Positions 19,791 through 28,593 of a stretch of 64,000 nt of DNA are shown here, piece by piece. The notes beneath the pieces are model-generated. The model worked only from the letters and a program-made list of their open reading frames with translations, was not told the DNA's origin and did no database searches. How positions within the stretch are numbered: the first letter of the stretch is position 1; each line of letters begins with the position of its first letter. Both the position numbers and the translations under genes were made by a program. This DNA comes from Bacillota bacterium (GTDB lineage: Bacteria; Bacillota; Dehalobacteriia; UBA4068): assembly GCA_050949225.1 (NCBI GenBank), contig JBMNFI010000001.1, forward strand, positions 132,195-196,194, in the 5' to 3' direction.

Positions 19791-21294
19791 AACGCTGAAT
19801 CATGCGTTGCCAAAGTCCGATGCTGAGTCCGCGCATCAAGGCTAAAAAAGCGAGATAGATTAATAGTAATACCGGAATAATGGCTGCTAAAGCCATTTTT
19901 TCTTGTGCCAAAGCACCCAGATTAAGAAAATGATATAAAGCGGCAGTAATGGCGATAGAGATCAGCGGCTTAATAAAAATATTCAGTACAGGCAGTTTAA
20001 CTTTACTGCACTGCCAAAAGCAAATCAGGTTGAGGAAAAAACCGAAAACAGCGGCGATATTAACGGCGATAGCGGCACCATTGATGCCCATATGAGGCTG
20101 GGTAGTAAGGGCGATAATCCCGGTAAGAAGGCAGATTGCTGTTAAAATGGCATTAATTAAAAGTTGTCTTACTTTACCCATGCCTTGAAGAATACTGGTC
20201 AAGGTGGTTTGCAAATAAAAGAAGGTGCCTCCAATACATAAAATGCGTAGCGGTTCAGCCGCTAAAGGACTGTTGAAAAGGCGGCTGCATAAAATATCCG
20301 CAAATAAAAAAAGAATTAACATGCCGGGCAGGCTAAAGATCATCGTTGCCTGAAGGGCATTTGTTGAACGATGTGCTAATAGTTTTTTATTTCTGATACT
20401 GCCGGCAACGGCGGGAATTACGGAAACAGAAAGGGCTGCGGTAAAAACACCCGGTAAATGCAAAAGAGTCATGGCCACACCGGCAAAACGACCATAGATT
20501 TCTGTGGCCGCCCGCACATCATAGCCGGCCGTTTGCAAAGCCCATGGGATTAAAAAAGCCTGCAGCATCATCATTAGACTAAGAGCCAGACGGTTAAGGG
20601 TTACGGGAGTACCAAAACGCACCAATTTAGAGGCGATTTGTGGTTTAAAGCTACCCGCAGAGAGTAAAGGTTGTTGTTTGCGAAAACAAATTAACAAATA
20701 GATAAATCCTACTGTTTCACCCAAGAGGGTAGCAATGGCAGCGGAGGTGACTGCTTTATCCAGACTGAGGTTTACAAATTGTAAGGCTAAGAAAATGCCT
20801 ATGACCACGCGGACAGTTTGCTCGATACTCTGACTGACACCGATAGTCGACACTTGTCCTGTACCTTGAAAATAACTGCGATAAGCAGAAGCAATACTTA
20901 TAATAAAGACTGCCGGCAGCATAATTTGCAGAGACAATAAGATCCTTTCATCAGGTACAAAATACTCAATAAAAAAAGGCAGCATGAACCAGCCCGCCGT
21001 GGTGATAATAAAGCCAGTTAAAAATAACAGAATTAAGCCACTTTTAAAGATATTTAAGGTTCTGCTTTTGCCGCCTTTAACGGCGATTGATTGTGACATG
21101 GCCAAAGGGATACCCCAGCTACCCAATACCAAAAGAAAAGTATAAAGCGGTGTGACCATTTCCACCAAACCTATGCCTTCGGCCCCTAAAATGCGTACAA
21201 GCACTATCCGGTAAAAAAAACCCAGTCCCTTAACAAAAATATTTGATAAGAGTAATAAAATAGTGCCAAGCAGTAATCCTTGCTTTTTTGTCAT
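19783..21294 (-). CDS. MOP-superfamily polysaccharide/lipid-II flippase (SpoVB/MurJ-like)
   Basis: 503 aa with about 14 TM helices, typical of SpoVB-family proteins. Convergent with surE, overlapping it by 8 nt. Confidence 0.65.
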   Translation of the reverse strand: MTKKQGLLLGTILLLLSNIFVKGLGFFYRIVLVRILGAEGIGLVEMVTPLYTFLLVLGSWGIPLAMSQSIAVKGGKSRTLNIFKSGLILLFLTGFIITTAGWFMLPFFIEYFVPDERILLSLQIMLPAVFIISIASAYRSYFQGTGQVSTIGVSQSIEQTVRVVIGIFLALQFVNLSLDKAVTSAAIATLLGETVGFIYLLICFRKQQPLLSAGSFKPQIASKLVRFGTPVTLNRLALSLMMMLQAFLIPWALQTAGYDVRAATEIYGRFAGVAMTLLHLPGVFTAALSVSVIPAVAGSIRNKKLLAHRSTNALQATMIFSLPGMLILFLFADILCSRLFNSPLAAEPLRILCIGGTFFYLQTTLTSILQGMGKVRQLLINAILTAICLLTGIIALTTQPHMGINGAAIAVNIAAVFGFFLNLICFWQCSKVKLPVLNIFIKPLISIAITAALYHFLNLGALAQEKMALAAIIPVLLLIYLAFLALMRGLSIGLWQRMIQRFK

Positions 21295-21502
21295 AGCTGG
21301 TGTGCTGTCCTTTGATTAACTGTTAGTTTTTATCAAGATTATGCTGATGGCTTTTAGTCTATGACTTTTGCGCGGTCTTTTATTTGCCTGTCTATGCCGT
21401 TTTAAAAAAATTTTGACTAAAAGAGGGTTTTTTCTTGAGTGTATATAATATATAAGTTTGTGTAGTTTTATAAAAATAGCTATTGCTGAAGGGGGATATT
21501 AA

Positions 21503-23536
21503 ATGAAGGTCTATCCATCGGAAAAAATTCGTAATGTGGGCTTCGTAGCTCATCAAGGAGCAGGTAAAACATCTCTAATTGAAGCCTTAGTCTTTAACAC
21601 GGGTACTATAAAACGTCTTGGCAGGGTGGACGATGGCAACACCGTAGCTGATTATATGCCGGAAGAAATTAAGCGCAAAAGCACTATTAGTGCTGCCTTG
21701 GTAGCTGCTGAATGGCGTGATACTAAGCTTAATATCTTTGATACCCCCGGCTTTGCTGATTTTTTTAGCGAAGTGGTAGGTGTTGGTTCCGTCGTCGATA
21801 GCTTTTTAATGGTCTTAGATGCAGTTGCAGGTACTGAAGTCAGTACGGAAATTATTTGGGATTTTGCTGATGAAAAAAACCTTCCTCTCATCGCATATAT
21901 GAATAAAATGGATCGAGAAAACGCTAATTTTACTAAAGCCGTTGATTCTATGAAAGCAACCTTGACCAGGCAGATTGTGCCTGTTCAGCTACCTATCGGG
22001 CAGGCTGCTGATTTTTCAGGCATTATTGATTTGATAGAAATGAAGGCCTATAAATATGATGATGGTAAGGCCACCATCATCGACATTCCGAAGGAGCTTT
22101 TGGCCGATGCTGAATTGGCCAGAGAAGAGTTAATCGAGGCGGCAGCCGAAGGCGAAGATGATATCACCATGAAATACCTTGATGGTGAGGAGTTGACTCA
22201 AGAGGAAATTATTTTGGGACTTAAAGCCGGCGTGGCACAAGGTAATGTTGTACCGGTCTTATGCGGTTCTGCTGACAAAAATATTGCGGTTGATAAATTA
22301 GCTGATATACTGGTTGATTTTGCGCCTTGTCCTTTAGCTAATATGGATGATTCCTTAATTAATAAGCCCACTACTGCTGTAGTTTTTAAAACTTTGGCCG
22401 ATCCTTATGTTGGTAAAATCAGTTTCTTTAAAGTTATGCAAGGTAATATGAAAGGTGATACTACCATGTATAATGCTAATAAAGAATTTGATGAAAAAGT
22501 GGCTCATTTAAACACCATGCAGGGAAAAAATATGATACAGTTGCCGGAGATTAATTTTGGTGATATTGGTGTGGTAGCAAAACTGAATAAAACTGTCACC
22601 AGTGACTGGTTGACCGTTAAGGGTAACTCTGATCTTAGTTTGGATAAAATTGTTTTTCCGGCCGCCAATTATCGGGTTGCCATTTCACCTAAGACTAAGG
22701 GTGACGAGGACAAATTAGGCAGTGCTATCAACCGTATTTTGGAAGAGGAACCAACCTTGACCTTCGAAAAGGATGCCGTGACTAATCAAACTACTTTAAC
22801 CGGCACCGGAGAAACCCATCTCAATATTATTATTGATCGTTTAAAATCAAAATTTGGTGTAGAAGTAGAAATTGTGGAAATGAAAATTCCTTATCGTGAA
22901 ACTATTCGTGGTTCGGCTCAAAAAGTCGAAGGTAAACATAAAAAACAATCAGGTGGTCATGGTCAATATGGTCATGTTTTTATTGATATCGAACCTTATG
23001 CGGATGGGGATTTTGCCTTTGAAGAAAAAATCTTTGGCGGCAGCGTTCCCAAAAACTATATTCCTGCTGTTGAAAAAGGTATGCGCGAGGCCATGAGGGA
23101 AGGTATTTTAGCCGGTTATCCAGTTTCTAATATTAAGATCACCCTGATTGACGGCTCTTATCATGATGTTGATTCTTCGGAAATGGCCTTTAAATTAGCG
23201 GCCAGCATGGCTTTTAAAAAGGCTTGTGAACAGGCCAAACCTGTTTTATTGGAGCCGGTAATGGATGTGGAAATTTCCGTTCCTGACCAATTTATGGGGG
23301 ATATTATGGGTGACATGAATACCAAGCGTGGACGCATTTTAGGTATGGAAAAATCCGGTAAAATGCAAAAAATAAAAGCTCAAGCACCCTTATCTGAAAT
23401 GTTACGTTATGCCATTGATTTAAGATCAATTACCCAGGGACGCGGTCGTTTTGATATGGATTTTTCTCACTACGAGGAAGTGCCAAAAGAAATTGCTGAT
23501 AAAGTAATTGCTCAAACCAATGCTGAAAAAGAATAG
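21503..23536 (+). CDS. Elongation factor G paralog (EF-G2-type translational GTPase)
   Basis: G1 AHQGAGKT, G3 DTPGFADF, G4 NKMD. EF-G domains II-V present. 677 aa. Not in the str-operon context. Confidence 0.8.
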   Translation: MKVYPSEKIRNVGFVAHQGAGKTSLIEALVFNTGTIKRLGRVDDGNTVADYMPEEIKRKSTISAALVAAEWRDTKLNIFDTPGFADFFSEVVGVGSVVDSFLMVLDAVAGTEVSTEIIWDFADEKNLPLIAYMNKMDRENANFTKAVDSMKATLTRQIVPVQLPIGQAADFSGIIDLIEMKAYKYDDGKATIIDIPKELLADAELAREELIEAAAEGEDDITMKYLDGEELTQEEIILGLKAGVAQGNVVPVLCGSADKNIAVDKLADILVDFAPCPLANMDDSLINKPTTAVVFKTLADPYVGKISFFKVMQGNMKGDTTMYNANKEFDEKVAHLNTMQGKNMIQLPEINFGDIGVVAKLNKTVTSDWLTVKGNSDLSLDKIVFPAANYRVAISPKTKGDEDKLGSAINRILEEEPTLTFEKDAVTNQTTLTGTGETHLNIIIDRLKSKFGVEVEIVEMKIPYRETIRGSAQKVEGKHKKQSGGHGQYGHVFIDIEPYADGDFAFEEKIFGGSVPKNYIPAVEKGMREAMREGILAGYPVSNIKITLIDGSYHDVDSSEMAFKLAASMAFKKACEQAKPVLLEPVMDVEISVPDQFMGDIMGDMNTKRGRILGMEKSGKMQKIKAQAPLSEMLRYAIDLRSITQGRGRFDMDFSHYEEVPKEIADKVIAQTNAEKE

Positions 23537-23551
23537 GTATTTAACAGATAT

Positions 23552-23582
23552 GAGGGTTTCTGAAAACGAAACCCTCTTTGTT
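23552..23582 (+). terminator. Intrinsic terminator after the EF-G paralog
   Basis: GAGGGTTTC-TGAAAAC-GAAACCCTC followed by TTTGTT. Confidence 0.7.
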
Positions 23583-23793
23583 ACATAAAGTTATCGTTAT
23601 ATATGTTTGATGATTGCCGGCCAAGAATTTAAATATTAGACAAGAAAATTTAAAAAATCTCTCAAAGAATGTTGACATTTTGTAAGTTTAGGGTTACTCT
23701 AGTACATATATTAAAGATGGGATAGTTTTATTTGTTGCTTTAGGCAATAAATAGATAGTTGTTTTAAAATTTAATGAGAGGTGCAAAAGAAAA

Positions 23794-25188
23794 ATGAATG
23801 CGAAAAGATTGATTAGTAAGGCTGCAGTTAAGATTGGGGTTAGTTATATTACTAAAGATCCTATGAAAAATCTGCATAAACTGGTTGATTGGGCTGATGG
23901 TCTGGTAGTTTTAGAAGATCACAAAAAAATGGTTAGTGCTTTCAGGGGCTGGATAAATGATCCTACTTGCGGACCGTACAAGCTGATTGAACGCTATTTT
24001 ACACAATTAAATCCAGAAGTGCGTAAGAAATTTTTGGTTAACTTCTTTATTAATGCCGGCATGGATGGTATCCCACGCAGAAAGAAAATGCAAGAGGAAG
24101 CCAACTGTAATATCCCTTGGGCAGTTTTGATGGATCCTACGGCAGCTTGTAATATCAAATGTATCGGCTGCTGGGCCGGTGAATATGATAAAACTGATGC
24201 CATGGATTATGATACTTTAGATAGAATTATCCGTGAAGGTAAGGAATTGGGCATTTATATGTTCATTTATTCCGGTGGTGAACCGTTAATGCGTCGTGAT
24301 GATATACTTAAGCTGGCACAGGTACATGATGATTGTATCTTCCTTTCTTTCACCAATGGTACTTTAATTGATGAAGAATATGCCGAGAAAATTGCCAAAG
24401 CCGGTAACTTCCTTTATGCTATCAGCATTGAAGGTGATGAGGAATCTACGGATATGAGACGCGGCAAGGGCGTTTATGCTAAAGTTGTCGAAACTATGAG
24501 AATTCTTAAAAAACATGGTATTCCTTTTGGTTTCTCTGCTTGCTATACCAGTAAAAACGTTGATCAGATTGCCAATGAGGATTGGATTGATCTGATGGTT
24601 GAATATGGTTGCCTTTTCGGGTGGTACTTTACCTATATGCCGATTGGTGCCGATGCTGACTTAAGCTTACTTGCCAGTGCTGAGGATCGGGAAAGAATGT
24701 ATTATCACATCAGAGATATCAGAAGCAGAAAACCCATCTTTTTGTTAGATTTCTGGAATGATGGTGAGTATGTTAATGGTTGTATCGCAGGCGGCAGACA
24801 GTATATCCATATTAGTGCAGCCGGTGATGTCGAGCCTTGTGCTTTTATCCATTATGCCAACTGCAATATTAAAGAGACCAGCTTGCTGAAAGCTTTGCAG
24901 TCGCCTTTGTTTGCTGAATATCGTAAAAATCAACCATTTAATGATAATCAGCTGCGCCCTTGTCCACTTTTGGATAATCCGGAAAAACTGCGTATGATGG
25001 TTAAAAATGCCGGTGCTTATTCTTCACAACCGATTGATAAAGAGCCTATAGATTCTTTATGCGATAAGTGTGTACCACCTAGTGAAGCATGGGCAAAAAA
25101 AGCCCAGAAAATATGGGATGAAACTCCGGAAGAGATTAGAACTAAATTTGATAAAGTTAATGCAGAACACAGAGCTTCATTCGAATAA
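23794..25188 (+). CDS. Radical SAM enzyme with SPASM/twitch-type C-terminal domain and ~115-aa N-terminal extension; function unknown
   Basis: CNIKCIGCW (Cx3Cx2C) at about residue 120. SPASM-like CIAGGRQYIHISAAGDVEPC plus later Cys residues. No recognisable precursor peptide nearby. Confidence 0.6.
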   Translation: MNAKRLISKAAVKIGVSYITKDPMKNLHKLVDWADGLVVLEDHKKMVSAFRGWINDPTCGPYKLIERYFTQLNPEVRKKFLVNFFINAGMDGIPRRKKMQEEANCNIPWAVLMDPTAACNIKCIGCWAGEYDKTDAMDYDTLDRIIREGKELGIYMFIYSGGEPLMRRDDILKLAQVHDDCIFLSFTNGTLIDEEYAEKIAKAGNFLYAISIEGDEESTDMRRGKGVYAKVVETMRILKKHGIPFGFSACYTSKNVDQIANEDWIDLMVEYGCLFGWYFTYMPIGADADLSLLASAEDRERMYYHIRDIRSRKPIFLLDFWNDGEYVNGCIAGGRQYIHISAAGDVEPCAFIHYANCNIKETSLLKALQSPLFAEYRKNQPFNDNQLRPCPLLDNPEKLRMMVKNAGAYSSQPIDKEPIDSLCDKCVPPSEAWAKKAQKIWDETPEEIRTKFDKVNAEHRASFE

Positions 25189-25201
25189 AACTAACAACTG
25201 T

Positions 25202-25237
25202 CAGGGAATGCTTGAAAGCGTTCCCTGATTTATTATT
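25202..25237 (+). terminator. Intrinsic terminator after the radical SAM gene
   Basis: 10-bp stem CAGGGAATGC/GCGTTCCCTG followed by ATTTATTATT. Confidence 0.6.
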
Positions 25238-25287
25238 ACCTGCTATTCATAAACAAAAGAGCTTGAGCATAAACTGAAGCAGATATT

Positions 25288-25935
25288 TTGATAGCAGGTG
25301 ATGAAATGGGTAATTTAAATGATTTTGAATATTACAAGGCGCCAAAAAATTCCAGCGGCCCTAAAAAGAAACGCTTTGCGTTGCGATTATTAGCACAAAG
25401 CATTGCAGCAGTTGTTTTTTTTCTGGTGATCTTTAATTTTGTGGCGGCAGATGGCCTGATCGGTAATTTTTCCCGTTATGTGAGCGGAGATGCTCTGCAA
25501 ATGGAAAGCAGCTGGCTTTCTGCTGATATTATTGCCAGTGTAAGCAGTGATAAAGATGAAGTGATACCCCATTTTACCATTCCGGTGTCAGGAACTGTTG
25601 TTAAGCAGTTTGCCTTAAAAGGTGAAACGGATGGTGCTTCCGGAATTATTATTAAATGTAATAATGGTTCCGCCATCAAAACGGTGGCGGAAGGTACGGT
25701 TATTGCTACCGGTCAGGAAGCGGACAGTTTATGGATAAAGGTCACTCATAGTGGAGGTTTTACCAGTATTTATCAAGGATTAGTCAGTGTTTCAGTCACA
25801 GAGGGGCAAACTTTAATCGCGCAGACGGAAATTGGCAAAGTCGGTGAAAAAAATCTGGCTTTTGCACTTTTGCAAAACGAGCTCCCTGTTGACCCCTTAG
25901 AATTTCTTTTAGGAGAACAAAAAAAGACGGTCTAA
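25288..25935 (+). CDS. LytM/M23-domain protein, catalytically degenerate (SpoIIQ-like candidate)
   Basis: N-terminal TM anchor. M23 fold segments (GIIIKCNNGSAIKTVAEGTV, VTHSGGFTSIYQGL) lack the HxxxD and HxH metal ligands. The true start may be the internal Met at 25306. Confidence 0.5.
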   Translation: MIAGDEMGNLNDFEYYKAPKNSSGPKKKRFALRLLAQSIAAVVFFLVIFNFVAADGLIGNFSRYVSGDALQMESSWLSADIIASVSSDKDEVIPHFTIPVSGTVVKQFALKGETDGASGIIIKCNNGSAIKTVAEGTVIATGQEADSLWIKVTHSGGFTSIYQGLVSVSVTEGQTLIAQTEIGKVGEKNLAFALLQNELPVDPLEFLLGEQKKTV

Positions 25936-25948
25936 CCGTCTTTTTATT
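25922..25948 (+). terminator. Intrinsic terminator overlapping the M23 gene stop
   Basis: GACGG-TCTAA-CCGTC followed by TTTTTATT. Confidence 0.6.
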
Positions 25949-26037
25949 CGGTTTATGGGAGGGTATTAGCCTTTTGATGTGGAATGCTTATTATATTGTA
26001 GTATAATATTGTTCAGAAAAAGAGGGGCAAGTTAACC

Positions 26038-27921
26038 TTGAATAAAACTATTGATATAAGGAATTATGAAATCCTGTCTGAGGTAAAAAGGCCAGCTCAA
26101 TATGTTGGCGGGGAGTATAATTCCTTAATTAAAGATCCTCAGTCGGTACAAGCTCAGATGGCTTTTTTATTCCCCGACACCTATGAAATCGGGATGTCAC
26201 ATCTGGGGTTACGAGTCCTCTATGAGGCGATTAACCGTGATGAGCGTTTTTTATTAGAGCGTTCTTTTGCACCACAAACTGATCTGGAAAAAATTATGCG
26301 GGACAAAAAATTACCGCTTTTTACTTTGGAAAGTCATCGACCTATTAGTGATTTTGATGTAATCGGCTTCACCTTACAATATGAATTAAGCTATACTAAT
26401 GTGCTTAATATGCTTGATTTAGCGGGTTTACCACTTTTAGCGGCGGAACGTGACGACCGTCATCCCTTGATTATTGCCGGTGGACCATGTGTTTATAATC
26501 CGGAACCTTTAGTTGATTTTATAGATCTATTTATTATTGGAGAGGGAGAAGAAGTATTAATAGAGCTGTTGGAGCTGATAGCAAAAAAACTGCCAAGAGC
26601 CGAATTATTACGCAAGGTGGCCGATATAAAGGGTATTTATGTCCCGCAATTTTACCAGGTGACTTATGGCAACGATCAAAAAATTGCCGCTATTCAGTCA
26701 CTGGCGGGTGTACCCACCAGAGTGAAAAAACGTTTTCTTTTTGATCTTAACCAAGCGGCTTTCCCTTCTCGAGCACTGCTGCCTAATATTGAGGTGATTC
26801 ACGATCGAGCTTTACTGGAAGTGATGCGTGGCTGCACCAGAGGCTGTCGTTTTTGTCAAGCGGGGATTATTTATCGCCCCTTGCGGGAAAAAGATCTGCA
26901 GGTCTTACTGAAGCAAGGTCAAGAGCAGCTTTCATCAAGTGGTTATGAAGAGATAGGTCTGCTTTCTTTATCAACTGCCGACTATTCTCAGTTAGAACCA
27001 CTGATTGATGGTCTGTTAAAAATTAGTGATTCCTGTGGAGTGGGGGTTTCTTTGCCTTCCTTGCGTGCGGATGCTTTTTCCGTGGATCTGGCCCAAAAGG
27101 TGCAGAAGGTGCGTAAAAGCGGTTTAACATTTGCTCCTGAGGCCGGTAGTCAGCGCATGCGTGATATTATTAATAAAGGTGTCACGGAAGAAGATATGTT
27201 GGAGGCGGCGGCTGCCGCTTTTGCTGCTGGTTGGACAGCACTTAAGCTCTATTTTATGATTGGTTTACCTGAAGAAAAAACGGAGGATTTAATCGCAATC
27301 GTCGGGCTTTGTCAAAAAGTGCTGTATCTTGGTCGTAAAAAACGTCCCCAATGGGTCAAAAAACAACTAAAAATTTCTCTGGGAATGGCTTCTTTTGTAC
27401 CAAAAGCGCATACTCCTTTTCAATGGCAAGGACAAAACAGCCCGCAAGAACTTTTGGAAAAACAAACTTTATTAAAAGAGCTGCTCCGCCCGCTGAAAGC
27501 GGTCTCTTTTAGTTTTCATGATATTGAGACAAGTTCCTTGGAGGCTGCTTTTGCCAGAGGTGACAGACGTTTGGGACAAGTTTTACTAAAGGCTTGGCAA
27601 AAAGGTTGTCGCTTTGATAGCTGGCATGAGCATTTTCGACCGGATCTTTGGCAAGAAGCTTTTGACGAATGTCAGATAGATAAAGATTTTTATGCACAAA
27701 CGAGCTATAACTATGAAGATATTTTGCCTTGGGATCATCTTGATTGCGGTGTTGATAAAAAATGGTTGTGGCAAGAGTACCAAAAAGCCCTCTTGGGGCA
27801 AAAAACAAAGGATTGCCGTCATGAAGGATGTACAAATTGTGGTATTTGTTTTAATTTAGGCGGAGAAAACCGCTTAGCCGACTCTAGACCAGAAAATAGA
27901 GAGAGTGAGACAACAGATTAG
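26038..27921 (+). CDS. TIGR03960-family B12-binding-domain radical SAM protein
   Basis: TTG start with AGAGGGG RBS. CTRGCRFC radical-SAM motif. 627 aa. Sits in the conserved triad with TIGR03936 and rng. Confidence 0.8.
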   Translation: MNKTIDIRNYEILSEVKRPAQYVGGEYNSLIKDPQSVQAQMAFLFPDTYEIGMSHLGLRVLYEAINRDERFLLERSFAPQTDLEKIMRDKKLPLFTLESHRPISDFDVIGFTLQYELSYTNVLNMLDLAGLPLLAAERDDRHPLIIAGGPCVYNPEPLVDFIDLFIIGEGEEVLIELLELIAKKLPRAELLRKVADIKGIYVPQFYQVTYGNDQKIAAIQSLAGVPTRVKKRFLFDLNQAAFPSRALLPNIEVIHDRALLEVMRGCTRGCRFCQAGIIYRPLREKDLQVLLKQGQEQLSSSGYEEIGLLSLSTADYSQLEPLIDGLLKISDSCGVGVSLPSLRADAFSVDLAQKVQKVRKSGLTFAPEAGSQRMRDIINKGVTEEDMLEAAAAAFAAGWTALKLYFMIGLPEEKTEDLIAIVGLCQKVLYLGRKKRPQWVKKQLKISLGMASFVPKAHTPFQWQGQNSPQELLEKQTLLKELLRPLKAVSFSFHDIETSSLEAAFARGDRRLGQVLLKAWQKGCRFDSWHEHFRPDLWQEAFDECQIDKDFYAQTSYNYEDILPWDHLDCGVDKKWLWQEYQKALLGQKTKDCRHEGCTNCGICFNLGGENRLADSRPENRESETTD

Positions 27922-27924
27922 ATT

Positions 27925-28572
27925 ATGAATGAACATGTTTTTAGCAGATGGCGTGTAAAATTAAAAATTAGCGGGTCTTTGGTGTATGTTTCTCATTTAG
28001 ATGTTCTTTCTGCTTGGGAAAGAACACTTAGACGTGCTCGGTTACCTATGCGTTTTTCGTCGGGATTTAACCCGCACATGCTGATTTCTTTTGGGCCGGC
28101 TCATGCGGTGGGAATGCAGGAGGACGCTTTATATTGTGATCTTGATTTTTCGCATCAGCCACCTGATAATTGGCCGGATTTATGTAATGCAGTAGCTCCT
28201 TCAGGGCTGCAAGTGCTGGAGGCGCGTGAAATTGCCACTGATTTACAATCGTTGATGTCTGCAATTAATCTGGTTACTTATGAATTAGACTTTACAAATG
28301 ATAATTTTGCAATAGAAAAATTTCTGGCTCGAGAGAGTTATGTCATAGAAAGAATTTCCCCTAAGAAAAAAAAGACCGTGGATCTTCGTCCCAATGTTCT
28401 GGAAGTACGCAAAATTGAGGAACAAAAAATAGCGCTAACGGTGCGTTTAGGTAATAAAATTAGTCCTAAAGCCGGGGAAATTGCAAGGGCGATTGCACCG
28501 CAAAATACCCTAAAATCATTACGCCGTACGGGTCTTTTTATTGAAAACGAACAGGGTCGGCAGCTGCCATAA
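27925..28572 (+). CDS. TIGR03936-family radical-SAM-associated protein (DUF2344)
   Basis: 215 aa, directly after the TIGR03960 gene and before rng. Confidence 0.7.
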   Translation: MNEHVFSRWRVKLKISGSLVYVSHLDVLSAWERTLRRARLPMRFSSGFNPHMLISFGPAHAVGMQEDALYCDLDFSHQPPDNWPDLCNAVAPSGLQVLEAREIATDLQSLMSAINLVTYELDFTNDNFAIEKFLARESYVIERISPKKKKTVDLRPNVLEVRKIEEQKIALTVRLGNKISPKAGEIARAIAPQNTLKSLRRTGLFIENEQGRQLP

Positions 28573-28593
28573 AATAAAGCTAGGGGTGTATTT

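Noticed and set aside
23537-23793. Searched both strands for a Cys-rich precursor peptide (SCIFF or sactipeptide-like) next to the SPASM radical SAM gene.
   Set aside because: Only RBS-less ORFs were found (for example MLTFCKFRVTL, and a 44-aa minus-strand ORF with no Shine-Dalgarno). None resembles a RiPP precursor.
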